From Geoalkalibacter sp. (GTDB lineage Bacteria; Desulfobacterota; Desulfuromonadia; Desulfuromonadales; Geoalkalibacteraceae): a stretch of 24,000 bases of DNA. How positions within the stretch are numbered: the stretch's first letter is position 1; each line of letters begins with the position of its first letter. The notes under the pieces were generated by a model that saw only the letters and a list, made by a program, of their open reading frames with translations, searched no databases and was not told where the DNA came from. A program made the translations under genes and the position numbers. Positions 16,997 to 24,000 of the stretch are shown one piece after another. The stretch lies in assembly GCF_030605225.1 (NCBI RefSeq), contig NZ_JAUWAV010000002.1, forward strand, positions 47,365 to 71,364, in the 5' to 3' direction.

Positions 16997-19285
16997 ATGC
17001 GGATATGTCTATTTTCGGCGGCGCTGGTTTTTTGGCTCGCGCTTGCGTGGAGTCTGGCGCCCGCTCCGGCGCGCGGCGCGAAGCCCGAGGCCCTTGCGCC
17101 CCTGGTGTTGCAGCTCAAGTGGTCCCATCAATTTCAGTTCGCCGGTTATTACGCGGCTCTTGAACAAGGCTATTACCGAGAAGCCGGGCTGGAGGTTGAG
17201 TTGCGCGAGGCGCAGCCCGGCCTGGATCTCGTCGCCGAACTGGTCGAAGGACGGGCCGATTATCTGGTGAGCGGTCCCAACGCCTTGCTGGCCCGCGCCA
17301 GGCAGCAGCCGGTGGTGGCTCTGGCCGCCATTTTCCAGCACTCTCCCCTGGTCCTGGTGGCCCGCCGGGACGCGCGGATTCTCTCGCCGGCCGATCTGGT
17401 CGGCCGCCGCGTCATGTTCATCCCCGAAAGCGATTCGGAGTTTCTCGCCATGTGCCGCAACGAGGGCGTCGCCCTCGACGGTCTGATTGCGGTGGCGCAC
17501 AGCTGGGATATCCGGGATCTGGCCGATGGCCGAGTCGACGCCATGAGCGCCTATCTCACCGATGTCCCTTTCCTGCTGCAACAAGAAGGGGTGCCCTTCA
17601 CCATCCTGCGTCCGCAGACCTACGGCATCGACTTTTACGGCGACGGCCTCTTCACCACGGAACGGGAAATCGCCAGACATCCCGCGCGCGTCAAGGCGTT
17701 TCGCGAGGCCAGCCTGCGCGGCTGGGACTACGCCCTGCGGCATCCCGAGGAAATCGTCGACCTGATTCTCGCCAAATACTCCCGGCGCCTGTCCCGCGAA
17801 GCCCTGCTCTTCGAGGCGCAGGCCACGCGCGAGCTGATCCTGCCCCATCTGGTCGAGATCGGGCACATGAATCCCGGGCGCTGGCGGCATATCGCCGACA
17901 CCTACGCGGCTTTGGAGATGATTCCGCGGGGGTTCTCCCTGGACGGGTTTCTCCATGAGGATCGGGCGCCGCAGTTCTGGACCCCGCAGCGGCTCCATTG
18001 GCTGTGGGTCACGGTTTTTCTTTCCCTGCTGGCGGCGGCGGTGCTGCTGTATTTCAACCGGCGTCTGCGTCTGGCGGTTCAGGAGCGCACCCGCGACCTG
18101 TCCCTGACCAATACCGAGCTGACCATCGAGATCGCCGAGCGGCGCAAAAGCAATGAGGCCCTGCAACAAAGTGAGCGGCGCTTCCGGGCCCTGGTCGACA
18201 ATATCCCCGGCGCGGTCTATCGCTGCGCCCTGGACGGCGACTGGACCATGGATTTCGTCAGCGATGCGGTCGAGGATCTCACCGGGTATCCCGCCGCGGA
18301 TTTTGCCGTCCAGCGCACCCGATCCCTGGCCGGCCTCATCGAGACCGAGGAGCGCGCGGCTCTGGATGAGCGGCTTCGCGACCATCTGGGACGACAGGCG
18401 CCCTGCACCCTGGAGTATCGCATCCGCCATGCCGACGGCGGCATCCGCTGGGTGCATGATAAAAGCGTGGGTGTGGTGGGAGATGATGGGCTCGGCTATC
18501 GCGAAGGGTTGATGCTGGACATCACCGACCGCAAGCAGGCCGAGGAATTGATGCTCAAGCTCGATCGCATGAAAAGCGAGTTTATTTCCATCGCCGCCCA
18601 TGAATTGCGCACGCCCCTGACGTCCATCATCGGCTATGCCGAGTGCCTGCTCGACCCGGCGATCGCCGCCGGCCTTGCCCAAGAACAACGGCGGGAATTT
18701 CTTCAGGAGATCCGGGCCAAGGGGGAGGCCCTGGCCGCCATCATCGACGATCTGCTCGACATCAGCCGCATCGAGCGGGGCGAGCCGCTGCGCATGCAGA
18801 TCGCGCCCTGCGATCTGTCCCTGCTGATCGCCAAGGTGGTGCGCGCCTTCGAAATGCATGCCCCGCGTCACCGCTTCGAGGTACGCCTGGATGCCGTCGC
18901 GCCCTCTGTTCTGCGCGTGGACCACAACCGCATGGTTCAGGTGTTTGAAAATCTTCTCAGCAACGCGGTGAAATATTCGCCGCAAGGCGGGCGGATTCTG
19001 GTCGAGGGCCAGTTGGTCGGAGATGCTTATCGGACCGTCGTGAGCGATGAGGGCATCGGCATGTCCGCGGAACAGGCCCGCCGGATCTTCGACAAGTTCT
19101 ATCGGGCCGACACCTCCAGCACGGCCGTCGGCGGCCTGGGGCTGGGCATGAGCATCGTCCAGCAGATCGTCAAGGCCCACGCGGGCACCATCGAGGTGCA
19201 AAGCGCCCCCGGCCGGGGAACCCGGGTCGCCGTGGTCCTGCCCTTGAGCCATGCGGAGGAGGCCGCAAATCCCGCGCCGGGGTGA
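16997..19285 (+). CDS. Sensor histidine kinase: signal/TM, periplasmic NMT1/NitT-TauT-like solute-binding domain, TM, PAS, HisKA, HATPase_c
   Basis: 762 aa from ATG 16997. The periplasmic block is LVLQLKWSHQFQFAGYYAALEQGYYREAGLEVELRE. The second TM is LHWLWVTVFLSLLAAAVLLYF. A coiled coil is followed by a PAS region (FRALVDNIPGAVYRC...IRWVHDK). The H-box is FISIAAHELRTPLTSI, the N-box is LLSNAVKYSP, and the G-boxes are DEGIGM and GGLGLGMSIV. Confidence 0.88.
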   Translation: MRICLFSAALVFWLALAWSLAPAPARGAKPEALAPLVLQLKWSHQFQFAGYYAALEQGYYREAGLEVELREAQPGLDLVAELVEGRADYLVSGPNALLARARQQPVVALAAIFQHSPLVLVARRDARILSPADLVGRRVMFIPESDSEFLAMCRNEGVALDGLIAVAHSWDIRDLADGRVDAMSAYLTDVPFLLQQEGVPFTILRPQTYGIDFYGDGLFTTEREIARHPARVKAFREASLRGWDYALRHPEEIVDLILAKYSRRLSREALLFEAQATRELILPHLVEIGHMNPGRWRHIADTYAALEMIPRGFSLDGFLHEDRAPQFWTPQRLHWLWVTVFLSLLAAAVLLYFNRRLRLAVQERTRDLSLTNTELTIEIAERRKSNEALQQSERRFRALVDNIPGAVYRCALDGDWTMDFVSDAVEDLTGYPAADFAVQRTRSLAGLIETEERAALDERLRDHLGRQAPCTLEYRIRHADGGIRWVHDKSVGVVGDDGLGYREGLMLDITDRKQAEELMLKLDRMKSEFISIAAHELRTPLTSIIGYAECLLDPAIAAGLAQEQRREFLQEIRAKGEALAAIIDDLLDISRIERGEPLRMQIAPCDLSLLIAKVVRAFEMHAPRHRFEVRLDAVAPSVLRVDHNRMVQVFENLLSNAVKYSPQGGRILVEGQLVGDAYRTVVSDEGIGMSAEQARRIFDKFYRADTSSTAVGGLGLGMSIVQQIVKAHAGTIEVQSAPGRGTRVAVVLPLSHAEEAANPAPG

Positions 19286-19298
19286 ACGACCACCCGGT

Positions 19299-22151
19299 TC
19301 AGATCCTTTCCTCCCGTTCGCGCTGCTCTTTTTCTTCGTCCAGATCCGGCTCTCCGCAATGCTCCAGAATGGCCCGACGCGCCCGTCGGCGCAGGTCGAG
19401 GGCCTGGCTCCAGGTGTCGGCCGCGCCCCGTTCGGTTTTCGCGTTCAGGGCTTCCAGCACCTGGACGCGCAGGGCCCCTCGGCGGGGAAACCAGGAGCCG
19501 TCGCGCAGCACCGAGCGACTGCCGCTGATGGCGATGGGGATGAGCGGCGTTTCGCCTGCGGCAGCGGTGACGAAAGCGCCCAAGCGGAAGGGGCGCAGGC
19601 CGGGAGCGCGGGTGAAGGTGCCTTCGGCGAAAAACACCAGGTTGCGGCCCGCCCGGGCGAGGGCGCCGAAGCGGCGCGCGTCCTCGGCGCCCCGGCGCGC
19701 GTCGAAACGATCGACGAACTCGGTGCCGATGCGCCGCAGCAGGAAGCGTAGGACCGGGCGTTGCCGCAATTCGGCCTTGGCCACGAAATTCAAGGGGATG
19801 GGCAGGGCCGCCGCGAGCAGATAGGGATCGAGGTAGCTGGCATGGTTGGCGACCAGCACGCAGTTGCCCGAGGGCGGCAGGTGCTCGACACCCTCCACGC
19901 GCAGGGGCAGGCCCGAGAGCCGCAGGGCGATCCGGGCGAGGTGATGCAGGGCACGCAAGCGCCAGGCGGCGCGCGGCAGCAGCAGGATCGCCAGGGTGCC
20001 CAGGGCGGCCGCCAGGCCGAACAGGCCCCACAAAAAGCCCGCGTAGGCCAGGCCGGTGGCGGTGCGCGCCGCGTCGCGGCATCGGTCGCCGAGGGAGGCG
20101 AGGGCCAGGCGCAGCAACGGCCGCCAACTGGCCTCGCTCTTGCCCAGGCGCCCCTGCTCGTGGAGTTCGCGGCACGCGGCCCGGCGGATCTTGCCGCTCG
20201 AAGTCTTGAGGATGCTGTGGGGGGGGACGAGCAGCAGCTCGTCCGGCGGTGTGCCGAGCAGATCCACCGCCAGTCCCTGAATGTCGCGGCTCAGGCGCTC
20301 GCGCGTCTGCGCGTCGGTTTCACGGGTTTCGGCCACCACCACCAGCCGCTCGCTGCCCGTGGCCGGATCGGGTCTGCCGAAGACCACGACGTTGCCCTTG
20401 CGGATGCCGGGCAGGGCGCCCACCGCTTCTTCGAGTTCCTGGGGATGGAGGTTGCGCCCGCCAATGATAATGAGGTCCTTGACGCGACCGGTGAGAAAGA
20501 GATCGCCTCCCGCCAGGTAGCCGAGATCGCCGGTGTTGTACCAGTCGCCGTCGCGCAGGCGGCGGGTCTCCTCGGGGTTGCGGAAGTAGCCGCCGCAGGC
20601 CGAGGGTCCGCGAAACTGCACGCGTCCCTGGGTGCGCTCGGGCAATTCCCGGCCCGCGGCGTCGACGATGCGGATTTCATGGCCGTCGAGGGGGCGGCCG
20701 CAGGCCACCAGGCGCAGGGCGGTTGGGTCATCGGCGGCGGCGGGCTCGGCACGGCCCGTGCGGGCCAGGGTCTCGCGCGACACCCGCTCGATGAGGGGCG
20801 GGCGCCCCAGGGGCGGAAAAGCCAGGCCCACGGTGCATTCGGCGAGGCCGTAGACCGGCATCAGGGCCTCGAGGCGCAGACCGTGCGGGGCAAAACGCGC
20901 GGCAAAGCGCTCCAAGGTGGCTGCGCTGACCGGTTCGGCGCCGTTGAAGGCGCCGCGCCAGGAGCTGAGATCCAGGCCGGTCAGTTCCTCGTCGCCGACC
21001 TTGGTCAGACAGATTTCGTAGGCAAAATTGGGTGCCGGCGAGAGGGTGCCGCCGTAGCGATGCAAGGCCCACAGCCAGCGGCGCGGACGGCTGAGAAAGT
21101 CCAGGGGCGAGAGCAGCACCACGGGCGTGCCGAAATAGAGTCCGGCCAGGCAGGTGCCGATCAGCCCCATGTCGTGATAGAGGGGCAGCCAGCTGACGAT
21201 GACGTCCGACGGCCGTACCGCGACCGCCTTGCCGAGGGCGCGGATATTGGCGAGCAGATTGGCGTGGGACAGCACGACCCCCTTGGGCGTGCCGGTGCTG
21301 CCCGAGGTGTACTGCAGAAAGGCCGTGTCCTCGGGTCCGATGGCGGGTACCCTGGGGGTCGCGCCGGAGGCGGCGAGTTCCTCCGCCGTGACCAGGCTCT
21401 TGAGGGAGGGCAGACGCGCCTTGAGAAGACGGGCGAAGGGCAGGGCCTCGGGCAGGGTGATGAGGGTAAAGGCGCCGCAGTTGTCAAGAATCGCCTGCTG
21501 ACGCCGCAGGTGGCTTTCCAGCTGGGCGCGGCGCACCGGCGGGTAAAGGGGCACCGGCACTCCGCCGGCGAGCAGCACGCCCCAGAAGGAAAAGAGGTAG
21601 TCGGCGCTGGTCGGCAGCATGATCGCCACCGCGGTTCCCTGGGGCAAGCCGCGCTCCTGCAGGCCGGCGGCGATGGCGCGGGCGCCCTGCGCCAGCCGCC
21701 GGTAGGAGAGCACCTCGCCTTCGCCCTCATCGGCATAGAAACGGGTCTGGGGTCGCTCGGGGTGCTGCTCCAGGTGCCAGGCGAGCGCCTCCGTCAGGGT
21801 GCGGGCCTCACGGGGGAACTCCTCGGTGCTCTCGGCGCCGCTCGCCGCGATTCGCCGCCCGGCGTCAAAGGTCGGGACCGCATCGGCCCCGGCGAGGGCG
21901 CGCAGCAGATCGCGCGGCGTTTCGGCCTCGGCCAATACCTGTTCCGCTAGGGTGATGCCGAAATGTTTCTCCAGGCGGTTGAGAAGTTCCATGCGCGCCA
22001 GGCTGTCGAAGCCCAGATCGCGGTCGAGGGAACTCTCAAGGTTCACGCGGGGCGTGCGGTTCGGGTGCAGGTCGGCGGCCAAATCCTGAATCACTCGCAG
22101 CAATCCGGCGGCATGTTCCTGAGAGGCTGGGGATCGTTCCTGCGCGGTCAT
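19299..22151 (-). CDS. Fusion protein: phosphopantetheine carrier domain, fatty acyl-AMP ligase-like adenylation domain, TM segment, PlsC-type lysophospholipid acyltransferase
   Basis: 950 aa. The carrier motif is DLGFDSLARMELL (Ser50). Adenylation motifs are LQYTSGSTGTPKGVVLSH, WYNTGDLGYL, LFLTGRVKDLIIIGGRNLHP and KTSSGKIRR. The TM segment is about res 700-726 (LAYAGFLWGLFGLAAALGTLAILLL). Acyltransferase motifs are VANHASYLD (HX4D, res 770-775), FFAEGTFTR and PLIPIAISGS. Confidence 0.85.
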   Translation of the reverse strand: MTAQERSPASQEHAAGLLRVIQDLAADLHPNRTPRVNLESSLDRDLGFDSLARMELLNRLEKHFGITLAEQVLAEAETPRDLLRALAGADAVPTFDAGRRIAASGAESTEEFPREARTLTEALAWHLEQHPERPQTRFYADEGEGEVLSYRRLAQGARAIAAGLQERGLPQGTAVAIMLPTSADYLFSFWGVLLAGGVPVPLYPPVRRAQLESHLRRQQAILDNCGAFTLITLPEALPFARLLKARLPSLKSLVTAEELAASGATPRVPAIGPEDTAFLQYTSGSTGTPKGVVLSHANLLANIRALGKAVAVRPSDVIVSWLPLYHDMGLIGTCLAGLYFGTPVVLLSPLDFLSRPRRWLWALHRYGGTLSPAPNFAYEICLTKVGDEELTGLDLSSWRGAFNGAEPVSAATLERFAARFAPHGLRLEALMPVYGLAECTVGLAFPPLGRPPLIERVSRETLARTGRAEPAAADDPTALRLVACGRPLDGHEIRIVDAAGRELPERTQGRVQFRGPSACGGYFRNPEETRRLRDGDWYNTGDLGYLAGGDLFLTGRVKDLIIIGGRNLHPQELEEAVGALPGIRKGNVVVFGRPDPATGSERLVVVAETRETDAQTRERLSRDIQGLAVDLLGTPPDELLLVPPHSILKTSSGKIRRAACRELHEQGRLGKSEASWRPLLRLALASLGDRCRDAARTATGLAYAGFLWGLFGLAAALGTLAILLLPRAAWRLRALHHLARIALRLSGLPLRVEGVEHLPPSGNCVLVANHASYLDPYLLAAALPIPLNFVAKAELRQRPVLRFLLRRIGTEFVDRFDARRGAEDARRFGALARAGRNLVFFAEGTFTRAPGLRPFRLGAFVTAAAGETPLIPIAISGSRSVLRDGSWFPRRGALRVQVLEALNAKTERGAADTWSQALDLRRRARRAILEHCGEPDLDEEKEQREREERI

Positions 22152-22222
22152 CCTGACCCCTTTCCCCGCCGGATCCGGCCCGGCAAGGTCCGTGCGAAAC
22201 CCTGGTTCCGTTGATGACTTCG

Positions 22223-22228
22223 ATTATA
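22223..22228 (-). promoter_or_regulatory. Perfect TATAAT -10 hexamer upstream of the fusion gene (weak candidate promoter; poor -35)
   Basis: The minus strand reads ...caggaTATAATcgaag..., 72 nt upstream of ATG 22151. The -35 position reads CCACGC, which does not match consensus. Confidence 0.2.
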
Positions 22229-22295
22229 TCCTGATTTGAGTCCCTGCGTGGTCCGAAGAGGTGGGCAAGAGCAGAAACAGGGGCGGCGCGAGCCG

Positions 22296-22790
22296 TCAGC
22301 CGCCGGCAAAGAGGCGCACGGTGAGAAACAGGCCGATCATGGCGAAGGCGAGGGCGGTTTTAGCGGCCACGCCGAGCACCAGGCCGATCAGGGTGCCGAT
22401 GCCCGCGCGCCCGGCGGCGCGCAGATCGCTGCGCGCCGTGAGTTCTCCGGCCACGGCGCCCAGGAAGGGGCCGAGCAGGATGCCGATGACGCCGAAGAAC
22501 AACCCGACCAGGGCGCCCAGCGCCGCGCCGATGGCGGCGCGATGGGTGGCGCCGAAATGCCGGGCGCCGAAGGCCCCGGCGACGAAATCGGCGAGCACGG
22601 CGAGCAGCATCAGCCCGCCCAAAGCGCTCAGGGTGCGCCAGCCGACAAAGGTGAAATCCTCGGCCCAGGCGGCGACCAGCAGTCCGGCGAAGACCAGGGG
22701 CGCCGCCGGCAGGGCCGGCAGCACCAGGCCGGCCAGGCCGAGGACGACGAGCAGGGTGGCGAGGAACAGCAGCAGGAGGGTCGTGGTCAT
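22296..22790 (-). CDS. DUF456-like small integral membrane protein
   Basis: 164 aa, very hydrophobic and Gly/Ala/Leu-rich. Segments include LGLAGLVLPALPAAPLVFAGLL...AEDF and GAFGARHFGAT...GLFFGVIGILLGPFLGAVAGE, as in the DUF456 family. The family call is from memory of its pattern. Confidence 0.6.
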   Translation of the reverse strand: MTTTLLLLFLATLLVVLGLAGLVLPALPAAPLVFAGLLVAAWAEDFTFVGWRTLSALGGLMLLAVLADFVAGAFGARHFGATHRAAIGAALGALVGLFFGVIGILLGPFLGAVAGELTARSDLRAAGRAGIGTLIGLVLGVAAKTALAFAMIGLFLTVRLFAGG

Positions 22791-22885
22791 GGCGTGTCCC
22801 GGCGGTTGTGAGATCCTTGTTGCTCTCCTTCGATCAGCGTGTAATTATACCTGTTTTGGCAGAATAACCCAGCGCGAGGTTGACC

Positions 22886-24000
22886 ATGATCGTTCCCGTG
22901 ATTTTGTCCGGCGGCGCCGGTACGCGGCTCTGGCCCCTGTCCCGCGAACTCTATCCCAAGCAGTTGCTGCCCCTGGCGGGAAGCCACACGATGCTGCAGG
23001 AAACCGCGCGGCGCCTGGAGGGCTTGAAGGCTCTGGGCGCGCCGCTCGTGGTGTGCAACGAAGCGCATCGCTTCATGGTCGCCGAGCAGTTGCGCCAGAT
23101 CGGGCGGACGCCCGCGGCCATCATCCTTGAGCCCCTGGGACGCAACACCGCGCCGGCGGTGGCCGTCGCGGCCCTGCAGGCCCTGGCCGGCGGCGAGGAT
23201 CCCTTGCTGCTGGTGTTGCCCGCCGATCATGTGATCCGGCAGCCCGAGGCCCTGCGCGCCGCGGTGGAAGCGGGCGCGCCCCTGGCGCGCGACGGGCGGC
23301 TGATGACCTTCGGCATCGTGCCGACGGCGCCGGAAACGGGCTATGGGTATATACGCGCTGATCGCGCTTGTCCTTTGTCCTTGGTCCCTGGTCCTTTGTC
23401 GACAACCAAGGATCAAGGGTCGGGGAGCGGCGACGCCACGGCGTTCGCGGTGGCCGAATTCGTCGAAAAGCCCGACCTGGCAACGGCGCAAAGGTATCTG
23501 GCGTCCGGCGATTACTTCTGGAACAGCGGCATGTTTTTGTTCAAGGCGTCGCGCTATCTGGAGGAACTCGAACGCCTGGCGCCCGAGATGCTGCGCTGGA
23601 GCCGCGCGGCCCTGGACAAGGCGGCGCGTGATCTTGATTTCACGCGTCTTGACGCCGAGGCTTTCGCCGCCTGCCCGAGCGATTCCATCGACTACGCGGT
23701 GATGGAAAAAACCGCCGCCGCCGGGGTGATTCCCCTGGCCGCGGGGTGGAACGACGTGGGCTCCTGGTCGGCCCTGTGGGAGATCGGCGAGCGCGACGGA
23801 GACGGCAACGTCTGTCGCGGCGACGTGCTGACCACCGCCAGCCGCAACTGCTATCTTCATGCCGAGCGGCGCCTGATCGCCGCGGTGGGCCTCGAGGATC
23901 ATATCGTCGTCGAGACCGCCGACGCCGTGCTGGTGGCGCGCCGCGACCGGGTGCAGGAGGTCAAGGAGATCGTGCGCCGGCTCAAGGAGCAGGGCCGCGA
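22886..24000 (+). CDS. manC: Mannose-1-phosphate guanylyltransferase (ManC/CpsB/XanB type), N-terminal part; runs off the window end
   Basis: This ORF is not in the supplied track because it has no stop in the window. My own translation from ATG 22886 (GAGGT RBS upstream) gives MIVPVILSGGAGTRLWPLSRELYPKQLLPL...CNEAHRFMVAEQL...EPLGRNTAPA...LPADHVI...FGIVPTAPETGYGYI...FVEKPDLATAQRYLASGDYFWNSGMFLFKAS...DYAVMEKT...GWNDVGSWSALWE. The frame stays open to nt 24000. Confidence 0.9.
   Translation, partial: MIVPVILSGGAGTRLWPLSRELYPKQLLPLAGSHTMLQETARRLEGLKALGAPLVVCNEAHRFMVAEQLRQIGRTPAAIILEPLGRNTAPAVAVAALQALAGGEDPLLLVLPADHVIRQPEALRAAVEAGAPLARDGRLMTFGIVPTAPETGYGYIRADRACPLSLVPGPLSTTKDQGSGSGDATAFAVAEFVEKPDLATAQRYLASGDYFWNSGMFLFKASRYLEELERLAPEMLRWSRAALDKAARDLDFTRLDAEAFAACPSDSIDYAVMEKTAAAGVIPLAAGWNDVGSWSALWEIGERDGDGNVCRGDVLTTASRNCYLHAERRLIAAVGLEDHIVVETADAVLVARRDRVQEVKEIVRRLKEQGR
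23370..23404 (+). repeat. Imperfect tandem heptanucleotide repeat (GTCCTTN x4 plus a degenerate fifth copy) inside manC
   Basis: The copies are gtccttt / gtccttg / gtccctg / gtccttt / gtcgaca at 23370, 23377, 23384, 23391 and 23398. The repeat overlaps an 8-bp inverted repeat, TCCTTGGT (23378-23385) and ACCAAGGA (23405-23412). The stretch is locally GC-poor compared with the rest of the gene. Confidence 0.6.

Noticed and set aside
17009-19252. 747-aa minus-strand ORF
   Set aside because: It is antisense to the histidine kinase, which has H, N and G boxes on the plus strand.
19761-21950. 729-aa plus-strand ORF
   Set aside because: It is antisense to the ACP-FAAL-PlsC fusion. The translation is Gly/Ala/Arg/Gln-rich with no motifs.
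22283-22310. GGCGGC...GCCGCC inverted repeat at the DUF456 stop, as a terminator
   Set aside because: The stem is only 6 bp with an 11-nt loop, overlaps the coding end, and is followed by a poor T-tract (CCTGTTTCTG). This is too weak to call.
22236-23902. Plus-strand ORFs at 22236-22811 and 22261-23130, and the minus-strand 371-aa ORF at 22787-23902
   Set aside because: The first two are antisense to, or out of frame with, the DUF456 gene. The third is antisense to manC, whose real frame (from 22886, plus strand) is missing from the track only because it has no stop codon within the window.

Overview
This is a high-GC (about two-thirds G+C by eye), densely coding bacterial chromosomal window. 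I recognise 19 protein genes and see no rRNA, tRNA, CRISPR array or transposase.

Gene content, left to right:
- Plus strand: the 3' part of a TAXI-TRAP solute receptor, a fused TRAP permease and a universal stress protein.
- Minus strand: a three-gene operon of [NiFe]-hydrogenase large subunit, then Tat-signal small subunit, then a methyl-accepting chemotaxis protein (MCP). The MCP periplasmic domain carries a CxxCH haem-c motif. A near-consensus sigma-54 promoter precedes the operon, inside a 418-nt AT-rich divergent intergenic region.
- Plus strand: a tightly coupled exeA(gspA)-exeB(gspB)-vanZ-GNAT operon, then a glycine-zipper lipoprotein with a long terminator-like hairpin.
- Plus strand: sucA-sucB (2-oxoglutarate dehydrogenase E1/E2), a TM2-domain protein and a flavodoxin-like protein.
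- Plus strand: an orphan sensor histidine kinase with a periplasmic solute-binding-like domain.
- Minus strand: a 950-aa carrier-domain / fatty acyl-AMP ligase / TM / PlsC acyltransferase fusion, and a DUF456 membrane protein.
- Plus strand: the 5' part of manC. It is open at the window end and missing from the ORF track because it has no stop codon.

The main candidate for something new is the hydrogenase-MCP operon. I read it as a possible periplasmic H2-sensing, chemotaxis-coupled redox relay: hydrogenase distal FeS cluster to receptor haem c to the Che pathway. The large subunit also ends exactly at the last Ni-site motif, with no protease-cleaved tail.

Many long ORFs in the supplied track are antisense artefacts of the high GC content. 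The taxonomic guess is a Desulfuromonadales/Geobacter-like anaerobe. It rests only on gene content and GC and has low confidence. All family assignments come from motif recognition by eye, not database searches.
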